A stretch of 64,000 nt of DNA, taken from assembly GCA_963775425.1 (NCBI GenBank), contig CAVZJB010000016.1:320001-384000 (forward strand), in the 5' to 3' direction. This document shows positions 54,551-63,890 of this stretch, piece after piece; position 1 is the first letter of the stretch, and each line of letters starts with the position of its first letter. The notes under the pieces are model-generated. The model was not told where the DNA came from and made no database searches. It was given only the letters and a program-made list of their open reading frames with translations. The translations under genes were made by a program, and so were the position numbers. The DNA is from an uncultured delta proteobacterium (GTDB taxonomy: Bacteria > Myxococcota > UBA727 > VGSZ01).

Positions 54551-55708
54551 TCACCCGTTCAGCTTGAGGACGACCTTGCCGCGCGTCACCTCGAGGACCT
54601 CGATGGTGTAGCGGCCGGCCTTCTTGCCTTCGATGGCGGTGGCGAGGGCCTCGGCGCCGCCGTCGACGTCGATATCGAAGGTGGCCTGGCCACCCTTGAC
54701 GTCGCGCTGCTCGACCTTGGCCTGCGAGAGCGCCTTCTTCACCATCTGCTTGAACGAGCGGGCCGCGCCCCAGCTCGGCACGTTCTTCACGATGACCTGC
54801 ACCCGGCCGGCGTTGACGAGGTCGGAGGTCCAGCGGGCGGCCACCTTCTTCATCAGCTCGTCCATCACCGACTCGACGATCTGCTGGTTCTTGTTGCCCG
54901 AGCGCTCGACGGCCTTGAGCGCGTTCTCCGGCGAGATGCCGAGGATGTTGGCGCTCTTGAACGCCACCGCCTCGATCTCGTTGTTGGACGTGTTGATGAG
55001 CTTCACGTTGGCGCTGACGGCGTAGGAGTTCATCTTGGTGCCCTCGAAGATGCTGTTGGGCTTGTCGCTCTTGATGACCTTGCCGCTGCCGAGCACGACG
55101 TATTGGGCGTTGGAGTTCTTGACGATCTTCTCGATGTCGCCCTGGGTGAGGTCGCCGTTGGCGCTCACCTCGGTGACCTTGATGCCCGACTCGACGAGGG
55201 TGAAGCAGTCGTCCTTGAAGGCCGACGCGAACATCGCCTCGATCATGCCGCGCTCGGTGCTCCACTTGGACTCGTCACCGATCTTCTCGACGAACACCAG
55301 CGACACCTTGGGGTCGTGGTTCGCTTTGATGACCGTGCAGATGGAGCTGGAGATGGCCTCCCGGGAGACCTTGGCCGTCAGCTTGATCTTCTTGGTGCTC
55401 TTGGTGGGGCCGTCCGTCATCGGGCCCCACTGCTCGTCGACGAGCACGCCCTTGGCGGACGTGGCGATCTCGTCGGCGACGAGCTGGAAGTTGCGGACGA
55501 TGGTGTTGGACTCCACGAGGGTGCCCGCGCCCTGCTCCACGGCCTTGCGGCGCGCGTCCCGTTTGACGTTCTTCTCCGTCTGCTGCTCGTCGCCGGGCAC
55601 CACGGCCGCCTCGCCCTCGACGGTGACGGTCTTGATGTCCTGCGCGTACGCCGCGACGGGCGCGAGGAGCGCGCCGACGACGAGCCAGCTTGCGGTATTG
55701 AGTTTCAT
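54551..55708 (-). CDS. Exported FlgT-like protein (FlgT N-terminal domain + CsgG/TolB_N-like middle domain + C-terminal alpha/beta domain)
   Basis: Signal peptide ending AYA; TVTVEGEAAVV...DARRKAVEQGAGTLVESNTIVRNFQLVADEI...SAKG. Confidence 0.7.
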   Translation of the reverse strand: MKLNTASWLVVGALLAPVAAYAQDIKTVTVEGEAAVVPGDEQQTEKNVKRDARRKAVEQGAGTLVESNTIVRNFQLVADEIATSAKGVLVDEQWGPMTDGPTKSTKKIKLTAKVSREAISSSICTVIKANHDPKVSLVFVEKIGDESKWSTERGMIEAMFASAFKDDCFTLVESGIKVTEVSANGDLTQGDIEKIVKNSNAQYVVLGSGKVIKSDKPNSIFEGTKMNSYAVSANVKLINTSNNEIEAVAFKSANILGISPENALKAVERSGNKNQQIVESVMDELMKKVAARWTSDLVNAGRVQVIVKNVPSWGAARSFKQMVKKALSQAKVEQRDVKGGQATFDIDVDGGAEALATAIEGKKAGRYTIEVLEVTRGKVVLKLNG

Positions 55709-55720
55709 CGGTGTGTGCTC

Positions 55721-56539
55721 CTAGTCGACGAGGATGACGACCTTGCCGTCCGCCAGGAACGACAGGTTCGAATTGGGGTCGCGCAGCTTGTCGGCGTCGC
55801 CGTTGGAGATGACGACGTCGGTCTTGGACTTGGCCGCGAGGTGCAGGGCCTTCACCACCAGCGGCTTGTCACCGGTGCGGTCCTTGGCCTGGGCGTCCTG
55901 CTTGGCGTAGCCGACGATGCCGCCTTGCTTGAGGCCGCTCTCCGAGACGACCTCGGTGCCGTAGACCTCCTTGCCGCTCTCGTCGACGATGCGCGGGGCC
56001 ATGGAGGGCGTGAGGCCCAGGCCGCGGGCGTTGACGATCAGCCCCGTGAAGGAGGCCGCGCCGCTCTCGCTCAGCTTGCGCGCCTTCTTGGGCCGCTCGA
56101 CCAGCGCGTTGGTGAGGTTCTCGTCGATGGGCATCTCGACGACGACGTCGACGGAGCCGTCCGAGTAGTACTTGGTGTGCACCACCTTGAAGCCCTGCGC
56201 CATGCCGCTGATGCGCGACTTCACCTCGCCGTTGGTCATGAGGTCGTTGGCGGAGCGCTTACCCGACACCTGGATGCCCTGGATGGTCTCGATGATGTTC
56301 CGGAGCGCGTCGAGCTTGGCCGCTCGCTCCGCCATCAACCGGGCCTGGGCCACGGAGGCGTCCTTCAGGTTGGCCGCGCCCGAGCCGGTGGCGGTGACGA
56401 CCTTCTTGGACCAGTTGATCTCCCCGTGTCCCACTTTTTGGACGACGGAGTCGTCGGCGGCGGCGGCGGGATCCTTGTCACCCGCGTAGGCCGCGCCCGC
56501 GAGCACCATGGCCGCGATGATCATCGTTCGCTTGAGCAT
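55721..56539 (-). CDS. Exported LPP20/FlgP-like domain protein
   Basis: GAAGGAG SD; signal peptide; INWSKKVVTATGSG...QARLMAERAAKLDALRNIIETIQGIQV...YYSDGSVDV. Confidence 0.72.
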   Translation of the reverse strand: MLKRTMIIAAMVLAGAAYAGDKDPAAAADDSVVQKVGHGEINWSKKVVTATGSGAANLKDASVAQARLMAERAAKLDALRNIIETIQGIQVSGKRSANDLMTNGEVKSRISGMAQGFKVVHTKYYSDGSVDVVVEMPIDENLTNALVERPKKARKLSESGAASFTGLIVNARGLGLTPSMAPRIVDESGKEVYGTEVVSESGLKQGGIVGYAKQDAQAKDRTGDKPLVVKALHLAAKSKTDVVISNGDADKLRDPNSNLSFLADGKVVILVD

Positions 56540-56670
56540 CACCCTCTCCTTCACTCTCGAGACCCAGCTTGGGACGCACACTGACAACAGTTTCTTGCTC
56601 CAGGCCAGTGCGTCGTCTCACGCGTACATGTCGGTTGGACCCAACGAAACATCATGAGACGGGGCGCAAT

Positions 56671-58206
56671 CTACTCCCATTCAATCGTAGAGGGTGGCTT
56701 GGACGAGATGTCGTAGACCACCCTGTTTACTCCCCTGACTTCATTGATGATTCTGTTCGAGATCTGGCTCAGGATCGCGTGCGGCAGATCCGCCCAGTCC
56801 GCGGTCATGCCGTCCGTGGACTTCACGCAGCGGACGCACACCGTCTCGTCATAGGTGCGCGCGTCACCCATCACGCCCACGCTCTTGACCGGCAGGAGCA
56901 CCGCGAACCACTGCCACAGCCCGAGCGCCTCGCCGTCGATCTCCTCGCGCACCACGGCGTCGGCCCGGCGCAGCAGGTCGCAGCGGGCGCGGGTGACCTC
57001 GCCGAGGATGCGGATGGCGAGCCCCGGACCGGGGAACGGCTGGCGGCGCACGACGGCGTCGGGCAGCCCGAGCTCCCGGCCCAGCGCCCGCACCTCGTCC
57101 TTGAACAGCTCGCGCAGCGGCTCGAGCAGCTTGAGCGACATGCGCTCGGGGAGGCCGCCGACGTTGTGGTGGCTCTTGATGACCGCGCTCGGTCCGCCGT
57201 GGAAGGAGACGCTCTCGATGACGTCCGGGTACAGGGTGCCCTGCCCGAGCCAGTCCACGCGCCCCACCTCGTGGGCGACCTCGTCGAAGACGTCGATGAA
57301 GACGTGACCGATGCGCTTGCGCTTCTGCTCCGGGTCGATGACGCCCTCGAGCGCCGCCATGAAGCGCTCCGAGGCGTCGACGACGCGGACGTCCATCTTG
57401 AGCTCTTCCGCGAAGAGCTTGCGCACGTCGTCGACCTCGCCCTGGCGGTGCAGACCGTGGTCGACGTACACGCAGGTGAGGTGCGGCCCGACGGCCTTGT
57501 GGATGAGGGCCGCGGCGACGCTCGAGTCCACGCCGCCGGAGAGCGCCATCACGACGCGCCGATCCCCCACGCGCTCTTTGATCTCCGCGACCTTGTCGAC
57601 GAGGAACGTGCTCATGCGCCAGCCGCGCTGGAGGCCGGCGACGTCGAAGAGGAAGTGCGCGAGGACCTGCTTGCCCTGCGGCGTGTGGACCACCTCGGGG
57701 TGGAACTGCACGCCCGCCCAGCGCCGCGCCGGCCAGAACACGGCGGCGTTTGGGCACGTGGAGGAGCGGGCGAGCACCTCGAAGCCGGCGGGGAGCTTGT
57801 CGACCTGGTCGCCGTGGCTCATCCACACGTCGAGCTCGCGGCCGAGCCCGGAGAACAGCGGCTGCTCCTTGTCGACGCTGATGCGCGCGCGACCGAACTC
57901 GCGGTGCGTCCCCGGCGCGACGTGGCCGCCGTTTTCCTCGGCCATCACCTGCATGCCGTAGCAGATGCCGAGGACGGGGACGCCGAGCGACCAGATGCCC
58001 TTGTCGGGGCGCGGGGAGCCGTCGGCGTGGACGCTGGCGGGGCCGCCGGAGAGGATGAGGGCGCCCGCGTCCTTCAGGTCGTCCGCGGGCGTCGTGCACG
58101 GCACGATCTCGCAATACACCTCGAGCTCGCGCACCCGCCGCGCGATGAGCTGCGTGGTCTGCGAGCCGAAGTCGAGGATGACGACGCTGCGCCCGTGGGA
58201 AGACAT
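56671..58206 (-). CDS. guaA: GMP synthase (glutamine-hydrolysing)
   Basis: ILDFGSQ; GICYGMQ; VQFHPEV; ALSGGVDS; QGTLYPDVIES; KSHHNVGG; SKPPSTIEWE. Confidence 0.97.
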   Translation of the reverse strand: MSSHGRSVVILDFGSQTTQLIARRVRELEVYCEIVPCTTPADDLKDAGALILSGGPASVHADGSPRPDKGIWSLGVPVLGICYGMQVMAEENGGHVAPGTHREFGRARISVDKEQPLFSGLGRELDVWMSHGDQVDKLPAGFEVLARSSTCPNAAVFWPARRWAGVQFHPEVVHTPQGKQVLAHFLFDVAGLQRGWRMSTFLVDKVAEIKERVGDRRVVMALSGGVDSSVAAALIHKAVGPHLTCVYVDHGLHRQGEVDDVRKLFAEELKMDVRVVDASERFMAALEGVIDPEQKRKRIGHVFIDVFDEVAHEVGRVDWLGQGTLYPDVIESVSFHGGPSAVIKSHHNVGGLPERMSLKLLEPLRELFKDEVRALGRELGLPDAVVRRQPFPGPGLAIRILGEVTRARCDLLRRADAVVREEIDGEALGLWQWFAVLLPVKSVGVMGDARTYDETVCVRCVKSTDGMTADWADLPHAILSQISNRIINEVRGVNRVVYDISSKPPSTIEWE

Positions 58207-58319
58207 GCGGCGCGCGTAGCCCCTTGTCACCGAGAGCGCCAGAGCCGTCGCCGCGGGCGGCTTGCTGCCGGCGACGTCGGCCGGCGCGATCAAGCGCGGC
58301 CGCTCCCTGCGGTCGCTGA

Positions 58320-59561
58320 TCACCCGGAGAAGTCGAAGACCTGCACTTCGTTGTGGGGCGTGAGGATGAAGGGGAACTTCATGCGCGTGGGCGCGTCGAC
58401 GAGGCCGCCGCCGAGGAACCACTCGCCGGCGCGCTCGCGCACGCAGTCTCCGACGGCGGCGAGCTCGGGGCTCGAGACCTCGACGGTGGGGCGCTCGACG
58501 TGCCCGTCTGGCAGCAGCGTGAGCTCGAGGGTGAGGCGGCCCGCGCGGCTCTTGTCCATGCGCAACCCCCGGTCCTCGTAGCAAGCGCGCACGGCGTTGT
58601 CGCGGCGCTTGACGGCGTCGAACAGCGTGTCCTTGACGACGGGATCGAAGCCCTCGTCGGGCGCGAGCTTGATGTCGGTGGCCGGCACCTCCATCAGCTT
58701 GACCGGGATGGCCGGGCGCGGCGCCTGCACGGGCATGGCGTTCGCTTGCTTGAGGTTGTCCTGGATGCGGCGCTTGAGCGCCTGCATCACGTGGGACTCG
58801 CCGGCGCCGACGAGGCCGTTGCCGGGGCCGGCGGTGGCGGGGTCCTTTGGGGCGAGGCCGCCGAAGTCGGCGCCGGAGACGGGGGCGCGCGCCACCGCCT
58901 GGGCCCAGTCGCCGATGGCCTCCTTGAGCTCGGTGCCGTCGTCGCCGAGGTGGAGCGCGCGGTTCATCTCGTCGAGGGCCTGCTCGAGGGTCATGCCCTG
59001 GCCGGTGCGGGAGTCCGGACGCCGGCCGCGGCGCCGCTCAGGCGCCGGCCGCTCGACCTCGTCGGGCGGCCGTCCCACCATGCTGAGCGACGCCGGGCCC
59101 GTGTGCGGGGCCGTGCCGCCGGGGGAGACCAGGTAGCGCCGCCACGGGCCCGGGACCCCCGCGCCCGCCTCGCTGTCGAAGGCCGGGGCCGGGGCGAGCA
59201 CGAGCGCGGAGACCACGCACGCCTGCACGGCGACGCCGATCATGGTCGCGTGAAAGAGCGTGGAGTCGACGGCGGACAGGCCGCCCACCCGAGCCTCGGG
59301 GATCTCGCGGCTGGCGACCAGGGCGTGGCCCGCAGGGAGGTCGGCGTGGGCGCCCTCCCCGATCTGAGCGGCGTCCACCACGAACGGCGGCTCTCCGGGG
59401 ACGGTGACCTCCAGGCCCGCGCCGAGCGCGCGCACCCGGAGCACCTCGCCGGTGCGCAGCCGCAGGCTGCCGCGCGCGCGCTCGAGGGTCACGACGTCGA
59501 GGACGGTCCCCTTCCACAGGAGCGCGATGCGCCAGACCGGCCGGGGCGTGGACCGTGCCAT
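58320..59561 (-). CDS. GltG/AgmX-like TonB-family protein (single TM + C-terminal AgmX/PglI domain)
   Basis: N-terminal RIALLWKGTVLDV; TM segment IGVAVQACVVSALVL; C-terminal VRACYE...GRLTLELTLLPDG...VGDCV...FPFIL. Confidence 0.72.
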   Translation of the reverse strand: MARSTPRPVWRIALLWKGTVLDVVTLERARGSLRLRTGEVLRVRALGAGLEVTVPGEPPFVVDAAQIGEGAHADLPAGHALVASREIPEARVGGLSAVDSTLFHATMIGVAVQACVVSALVLAPAPAFDSEAGAGVPGPWRRYLVSPGGTAPHTGPASLSMVGRPPDEVERPAPERRRGRRPDSRTGQGMTLEQALDEMNRALHLGDDGTELKEAIGDWAQAVARAPVSGADFGGLAPKDPATAGPGNGLVGAGESHVMQALKRRIQDNLKQANAMPVQAPRPAIPVKLMEVPATDIKLAPDEGFDPVVKDTLFDAVKRRDNAVRACYEDRGLRMDKSRAGRLTLELTLLPDGHVERPTVEVSSPELAAVGDCVRERAGEWFLGGGLVDAPTRMKFPFILTPHNEVQVFDFSG

Positions 59562-59571
59562 AAGGTGGGAG

Positions 59572-59600
59572 TCTGACACGTTGGCCTGCATGCAGGTTCC
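59572..59600 (-). promoter_or_regulatory. Putative ECF-sigma promoter for the GltG-like gene
   Basis: GGAACC-17 nt-GTCAGA on the minus strand, 10 nt upstream of ATG 59561. Confidence 0.45.
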
Positions 59601-59772
59601 CAACGAGCCGCAGATCCCGTGGATCTCCGTCACCCAAAGACGCGCGTCACGGCCGCGCGCCGCGCGGCGCGGCGTGCCGGATGGCTCACGTGGACCGACG
59701 TGTCGGACCCGTTACGTCTCTGAGGAGCGCCGCCACGCGGGCGTCTTCCCGCCGGCCGCGCCGGAGGATTCC

Positions 59773-60552
59773 ATGATTCGATTCGCACTCGCCGGCTTCG
59801 CTCTCGCTTGCGCCGTCCCCGCGCTCGCCCAGGACACGATGCCGGAAAACCAGCAGCCCGGGCCCGCCACGGGCATGGAGCCGCAACAGCATGCGCAGCC
59901 GGGCATGCCCGGCCAGATGCAGGAGCAGGTGCCCGAAGAGGCAGCCGTCATCCCCGACGACCAGATGGTGGACATCCTCCACCACGTGAACCAACAGGAG
60001 ATTCAGCTCGGCAAGGCGGCGCAGGACCGCGGTGCGCTCGACAGCGTCAAGAGCTTCGGCAAGACCCTCGTGAAGGACCACGACAAGGCCGACAAGGACC
60101 TGATGTCGTTCGCCAAGAAGCAAGACCTCAAGGTGGAGGCGCCGACGCCGGGCAACAGCGAGGTCAAGCAGATGCTCGATGCGCAAAAGACCAGCGCGGA
60201 CCACCTGATGAGCCTGCGCGGGCCGGACTTCGATCGCGAGTTCGCGAGCACCATGCTGCAGGACCACAGCGACGTGATCGCGCTCCTCGACAGCGCCAAG
60301 GCGGCGACGAAGTCGGATGCGTTCAAGAGCTACTACACGAAGGTCCAGGACGGCCTGATGAAGCACCGCGACATCGCGGCGAGCATCGTCGGCGAGATCA
60401 AGGCCGCGGAGACCGGCGCCGCGGGCTCCGCGGGCAACAAGCCCGAGGAGCAACAGGCGCAGCCCGAGGAGGAGCAGCAGATGCCGCAGCAGCAGATGCC
60501 CGAGCAGCAGATGCCCGAGCACGCGCCGAGCCCCCAGCCGATCCCCGAGTGA
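59773..60552 (+). CDS. Exported DUF4142 (ferritin-like) domain protein
   Basis: GGAGG SD; signal peptide; EIQLGKAAQ...VKSFGKTLVKDH...FDREFASTMLQDH; Gln/Pro-rich termini. Confidence 0.82.
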   Translation: MIRFALAGFALACAVPALAQDTMPENQQPGPATGMEPQQHAQPGMPGQMQEQVPEEAAVIPDDQMVDILHHVNQQEIQLGKAAQDRGALDSVKSFGKTLVKDHDKADKDLMSFAKKQDLKVEAPTPGNSEVKQMLDAQKTSADHLMSLRGPDFDREFASTMLQDHSDVIALLDSAKAATKSDAFKSYYTKVQDGLMKHRDIAASIVGEIKAAETGAAGSAGNKPEEQQAQPEEEQQMPQQQMPEQQMPEHAPSPQPIPE

Positions 60553-60573
60553 CCGGCGCGCACCGGGGAGCGC

Positions 60574-62037
60574 TCAACTATCGGTGCGGTAGTTGGGCGC
60601 TTCCTTGGTGATGATGACGTCGTGGACGTGGGCCTCGCGCAGGCCCATGGCCGTGATGCGGACGAAGCGGGCGCGCGTGCGCAGGTCCGCGAGGGTGCGG
60701 GCGCCGAGGTAGCCCATGCCCGAGCGCACGCCGCCCGTGAGCTGGAAGAGCTGACTCTGCAGAGGGCCGCGGTACGGGACGCGGCCCTCGATGCCCTCGG
60801 GCACGAGCTTCTGCGCGTCCTTGACGTCGCTCTGGCCGTAGCGCTCCCGGCTGCCCTGCCCCGTCGCCATGGCGCCCTGCGAGCCCATGCCGCGGTACAC
60901 CTTGAACGAGCGGCCCTGGTAGAGGACGACCTCGCCGGGCGCCTCCTCGGTGCCGGCGAAGAGCGAGCCGACCATCACCGCGTCCGCGCCGGCGGCCAGG
61001 GCCTTCACGCAGTCGCCGGAGTACTTCACCCCGCCGTCGGCGATGGTGGTGGCGCCGCGCGCGCGCGCCGCCGCCGACACGTCCATCACCGCCGTCACCT
61101 GCGGCACGCCGACGCCGGCGACGATGCGCGTGGTGCAGATGGAGCCCGGGCCGATGCCGGCCTTGACGCAGTCCGCGCCGGCGTCGACGAGGGCGGTGGC
61201 CGCCTCCGCCGTCGCGATGTTGCCGCCGACGAGGCAGAGGTCCGGGAACCACCGGCGCAGCGCCTTCAGGCCCTCGATGACGCCCTTGCTGTGGCCGTGG
61301 GCCGTGTCCATGACGAGGGCGTCGACGCCGGCGTCGGTGAGCGCGTGCGCGCGCGCCTCGAGGTCGCGGCCGGGGCCGACGGCGGCGGCGGCGAGGAGGC
61401 GGCCGCGGCCGTCGCGCGCGGCGTTCGGGAAGTCGCGCACCTTCTGGAGGTCGCGGGCGGTGATGAGGCCGCGCAGGTGCATCTGCTCGTCGACCACGAG
61501 CAGCTTCTCGATGCGCGCCTGGTACATCAGCGCGAGGCTCTCGTCCTTGCTGACGCCCTCGCGCGCGGTGACGAGACGCGTCGCGGGCGTCATGACGCTC
61601 GCGACCGGCGTGGATGCGTCGGCGGCGCGCAGATCGCGGCGGGTGACGATGCCCACGACGCGGCCCTCGTCGTCGACGACGGGGAAGCCCGACACGCCCC
61701 GGCGCTCCATGAGCTCGAAGGCCTCGGCGGCCTTGGCGTCGGGGGCGAGCGTGATGGGATCGCTCACCACCCCGGCCTCGTACTTCTTCACCCGGCGCAC
61801 CATCTCGGCCTGGGCCTCGACGGTGAGGTTCTTGTGCAACACGCCGATGCCGCCGCTTTGCGCCATGGCGATGGCGGTGCCCGCCTCGGTGACGGTGTCC
61901 ATCGCGGCCGAGAGGAACGGCACAGGCAGCGTGACGCCGCGCCCGAGCTGCGTGCGCGTGTCCACCTCGGACGGGAGCACCTCGCTCTCGGCGGGGACGA
62001 GCGAGACGTCGTCGAAGGTGAGCGCGTCTTTGATCAT
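60574..62037 (-). CDS. guaB: Inosine-5'-monophosphate dehydrogenase
   Basis: ALTFDDV; SAAMDTVTE; CBS pair; DTAHGHS; GIGPGSICTTR; YRGMGS; PEGIEG. Confidence 0.97.
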   Translation of the reverse strand: MIKDALTFDDVSLVPAESEVLPSEVDTRTQLGRGVTLPVPFLSAAMDTVTEAGTAIAMAQSGGIGVLHKNLTVEAQAEMVRRVKKYEAGVVSDPITLAPDAKAAEAFELMERRGVSGFPVVDDEGRVVGIVTRRDLRAADASTPVASVMTPATRLVTAREGVSKDESLALMYQARIEKLLVVDEQMHLRGLITARDLQKVRDFPNAARDGRGRLLAAAAVGPGRDLEARAHALTDAGVDALVMDTAHGHSKGVIEGLKALRRWFPDLCLVGGNIATAEAATALVDAGADCVKAGIGPGSICTTRIVAGVGVPQVTAVMDVSAAARARGATTIADGGVKYSGDCVKALAAGADAVMVGSLFAGTEEAPGEVVLYQGRSFKVYRGMGSQGAMATGQGSRERYGQSDVKDAQKLVPEGIEGRVPYRGPLQSQLFQLTGGVRSGMGYLGARTLADLRTRARFVRITAMGLREAHVHDVIITKEAPNYRTDS

Positions 62038-62039
62038 CG

Positions 62040-63203
62040 TCAGCCCTTCTTCCCCTTGTTGCCCTTCTTGCCGCCCCCAGCCTTCTTGTCGCCGGCCTTC
62101 TTGTCGCCAGCCTTCTTGGCGTCTGCCTTCTTGCCGTCGGCCGTGGCCTCGTCACCGGCGTCGGCGCCGTCCTCCGGCGGGGCCGGGGCGAGCAACTGCT
62201 CCACCGACGCGGACAGCACCGCCGTGTCCTTGGCGAACGCGTCGACGCGCGGCGAGAGCACCTTGAGCGCCGCCGTGGCCGCGCCGTCGCCGGCGACCGG
62301 GGATCCGACGCACGGGACGTCGCCGCGCACCTTGCGGGCGAACGCGCACGCGAGGAGCTCGGTGGCGTAGCCCGTGTCGTCGAGCTTCTTGCCGGAGAGC
62401 TTGCTGGCGTCGGCCAGCGTGCCGGCCTTGGCGGCCTTCTGCGCCTCGCGCGCCACCAACGTCCGCGCATACGCCACCACCGACGCCGTCACGAGCGCCT
62501 GGTCGTCGGCGTCGCCGCGGCTCGGCCCGGCGACCACGTACGTGACGTCGCCGTGCTGGACGCGCTGCACGGTGCCGTGGGCGTCGAGGTCGTTGACGAC
62601 GACGACGACGCGGCCGACGGCGCCGCTGTCATCGAGGAGCTGATCCTGTTTGTCACCGAGGCGCACGAGCGCGGTGGTGGCCTTCACGGCCTTGTCGAGC
62701 ACGGGGAGGAGCTTCTTTTGGTAGGCGCGCGCCTCGTCACCGACGAGCCGGTGGATGCCGACGCCGCCCTCCTCGTTGTACCAGTCGCGCATGGGGCCGG
62801 CGATGGCCTTCGCGAGCGGCGACGCGCCCTTGTCCTCGAAGTTCGGCGCGGGCCCGAGCTCCAGGGCGGCCGCGACGAAGGCGTCCCGCTCGAGCGGGTG
62901 CTTGTCGAACACCTTCTGCAGCGCCGCGAGCGAGGGGCCGGGGCGGCCGAGGTTGTCCCGCACCTTCACGCGCGCGGCCGCGAAGATGGGCTTGTGGATG
63001 GGGGCGGGCCCGCGGACGGTGTCGTCGTCGAAGCCGAGCGCGTTCAACATCGAAAAGATGGTGAACACGCGGCCGTCGACGGCGATCTCGACGCCGTCTT
63101 CGGTGACCATGGACTGCGCGTTGGACCACGCGGCGTGGGCCGCGCCGGAGGCGGTGAGCGCCGACGCGGTGATGAGGGCGGCGGCGAGGAGGGAAGATCG
63201 CAT
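62040..63203 (-). CDS. Exported hypothetical protein with a Lys-rich C-terminal tail
   Basis: Signal peptide ending AAHA; tail KKADAKKAGDKKAGDKKAGGGKKGNKGKKG; stop lies 2 nt before the guaB start. Confidence 0.75.
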   Translation of the reverse strand: MRSSLLAAALITASALTASGAAHAAWSNAQSMVTEDGVEIAVDGRVFTIFSMLNALGFDDDTVRGPAPIHKPIFAAARVKVRDNLGRPGPSLAALQKVFDKHPLERDAFVAAALELGPAPNFEDKGASPLAKAIAGPMRDWYNEEGGVGIHRLVGDEARAYQKKLLPVLDKAVKATTALVRLGDKQDQLLDDSGAVGRVVVVVNDLDAHGTVQRVQHGDVTYVVAGPSRGDADDQALVTASVVAYARTLVAREAQKAAKAGTLADASKLSGKKLDDTGYATELLACAFARKVRGDVPCVGSPVAGDGAATAALKVLSPRVDAFAKDTAVLSASVEQLLAPAPPEDGADAGDEATADGKKADAKKAGDKKAGDKKAGGGKKGNKGKKG

Positions 63204-63276
63204 GGCGAGCGCGTAGCAAAGCCCCCGGCGGGGGCAAGAGGGGCGTCCCGCCGGCGGGAACGTGGTAAGGGGCCCC

Positions 63277-63870
63277 ATGCAGACCCTGACGCGCTCCCTC
63301 CTCGCCGCCGCCGCCGTCGCCGTCTTCACGCTCGTGGGCACGCTCGGGTGCACCGAGGCCAAGCCGGACCGGCTCACGCTCGACCCGAACGGGCCCTACC
63401 GCTTCGAGCGGAAGGGCCAGACCGAGACCGTGAAGGTGGCCGCCTTCACCGGCAAGTCCCCGTACGTGAACGTGGTGCCCGCGACGTGGAAATCATCCGA
63501 TGAGTCCGTGGCCACCGTCGACGACAAGGGCACCGTCACCGCCACGGGCTCGGGCAAGGCGCAGATCATCGCCAGCGCCTGGGGCCTGAGCGTCAGCGCC
63601 GACGTCGACAGCGTCATCGTCGGATCCGTGAGCGTCGACGACGACCTGCCCAAGCCCTTTCGCCTGAACAACAAGGGCGTCCAGCTCCACGTCACCGTCA
63701 AGGACGACAAGGGCAACGTCATCAAAGACCCCGTCATCGCCTACCACGCCGACAACTATTGCGTGGAGGTCTCCGACGAGGGCTTCGTCAAGCCGCTGTC
63801 CGACGGCGACTGCAACATCGAGGTCCGCTGCGCCAGCAAGCTCGCCAAGCTCGCGGTGTCGGTGAAGTAG
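63277..63870 (+). CDS. Lipoprotein with two Ig-like (Big_2) domains
   Basis: Lipobox GTLG-C; WKSSDESVATVDDKGTVTATGSGKAQI. Confidence 0.85.
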   Translation: MQTLTRSLLAAAAVAVFTLVGTLGCTEAKPDRLTLDPNGPYRFERKGQTETVKVAAFTGKSPYVNVVPATWKSSDESVATVDDKGTVTATGSGKAQIIASAWGLSVSADVDSVIVGSVSVDDDLPKPFRLNNKGVQLHVTVKDDKGNVIKDPVIAYHADNYCVEVSDEGFVKPLSDGDCNIEVRCASKLAKLAVSVK

Positions 63871-63890
63871 CCGGCCGCTCTCCGCTCGCG

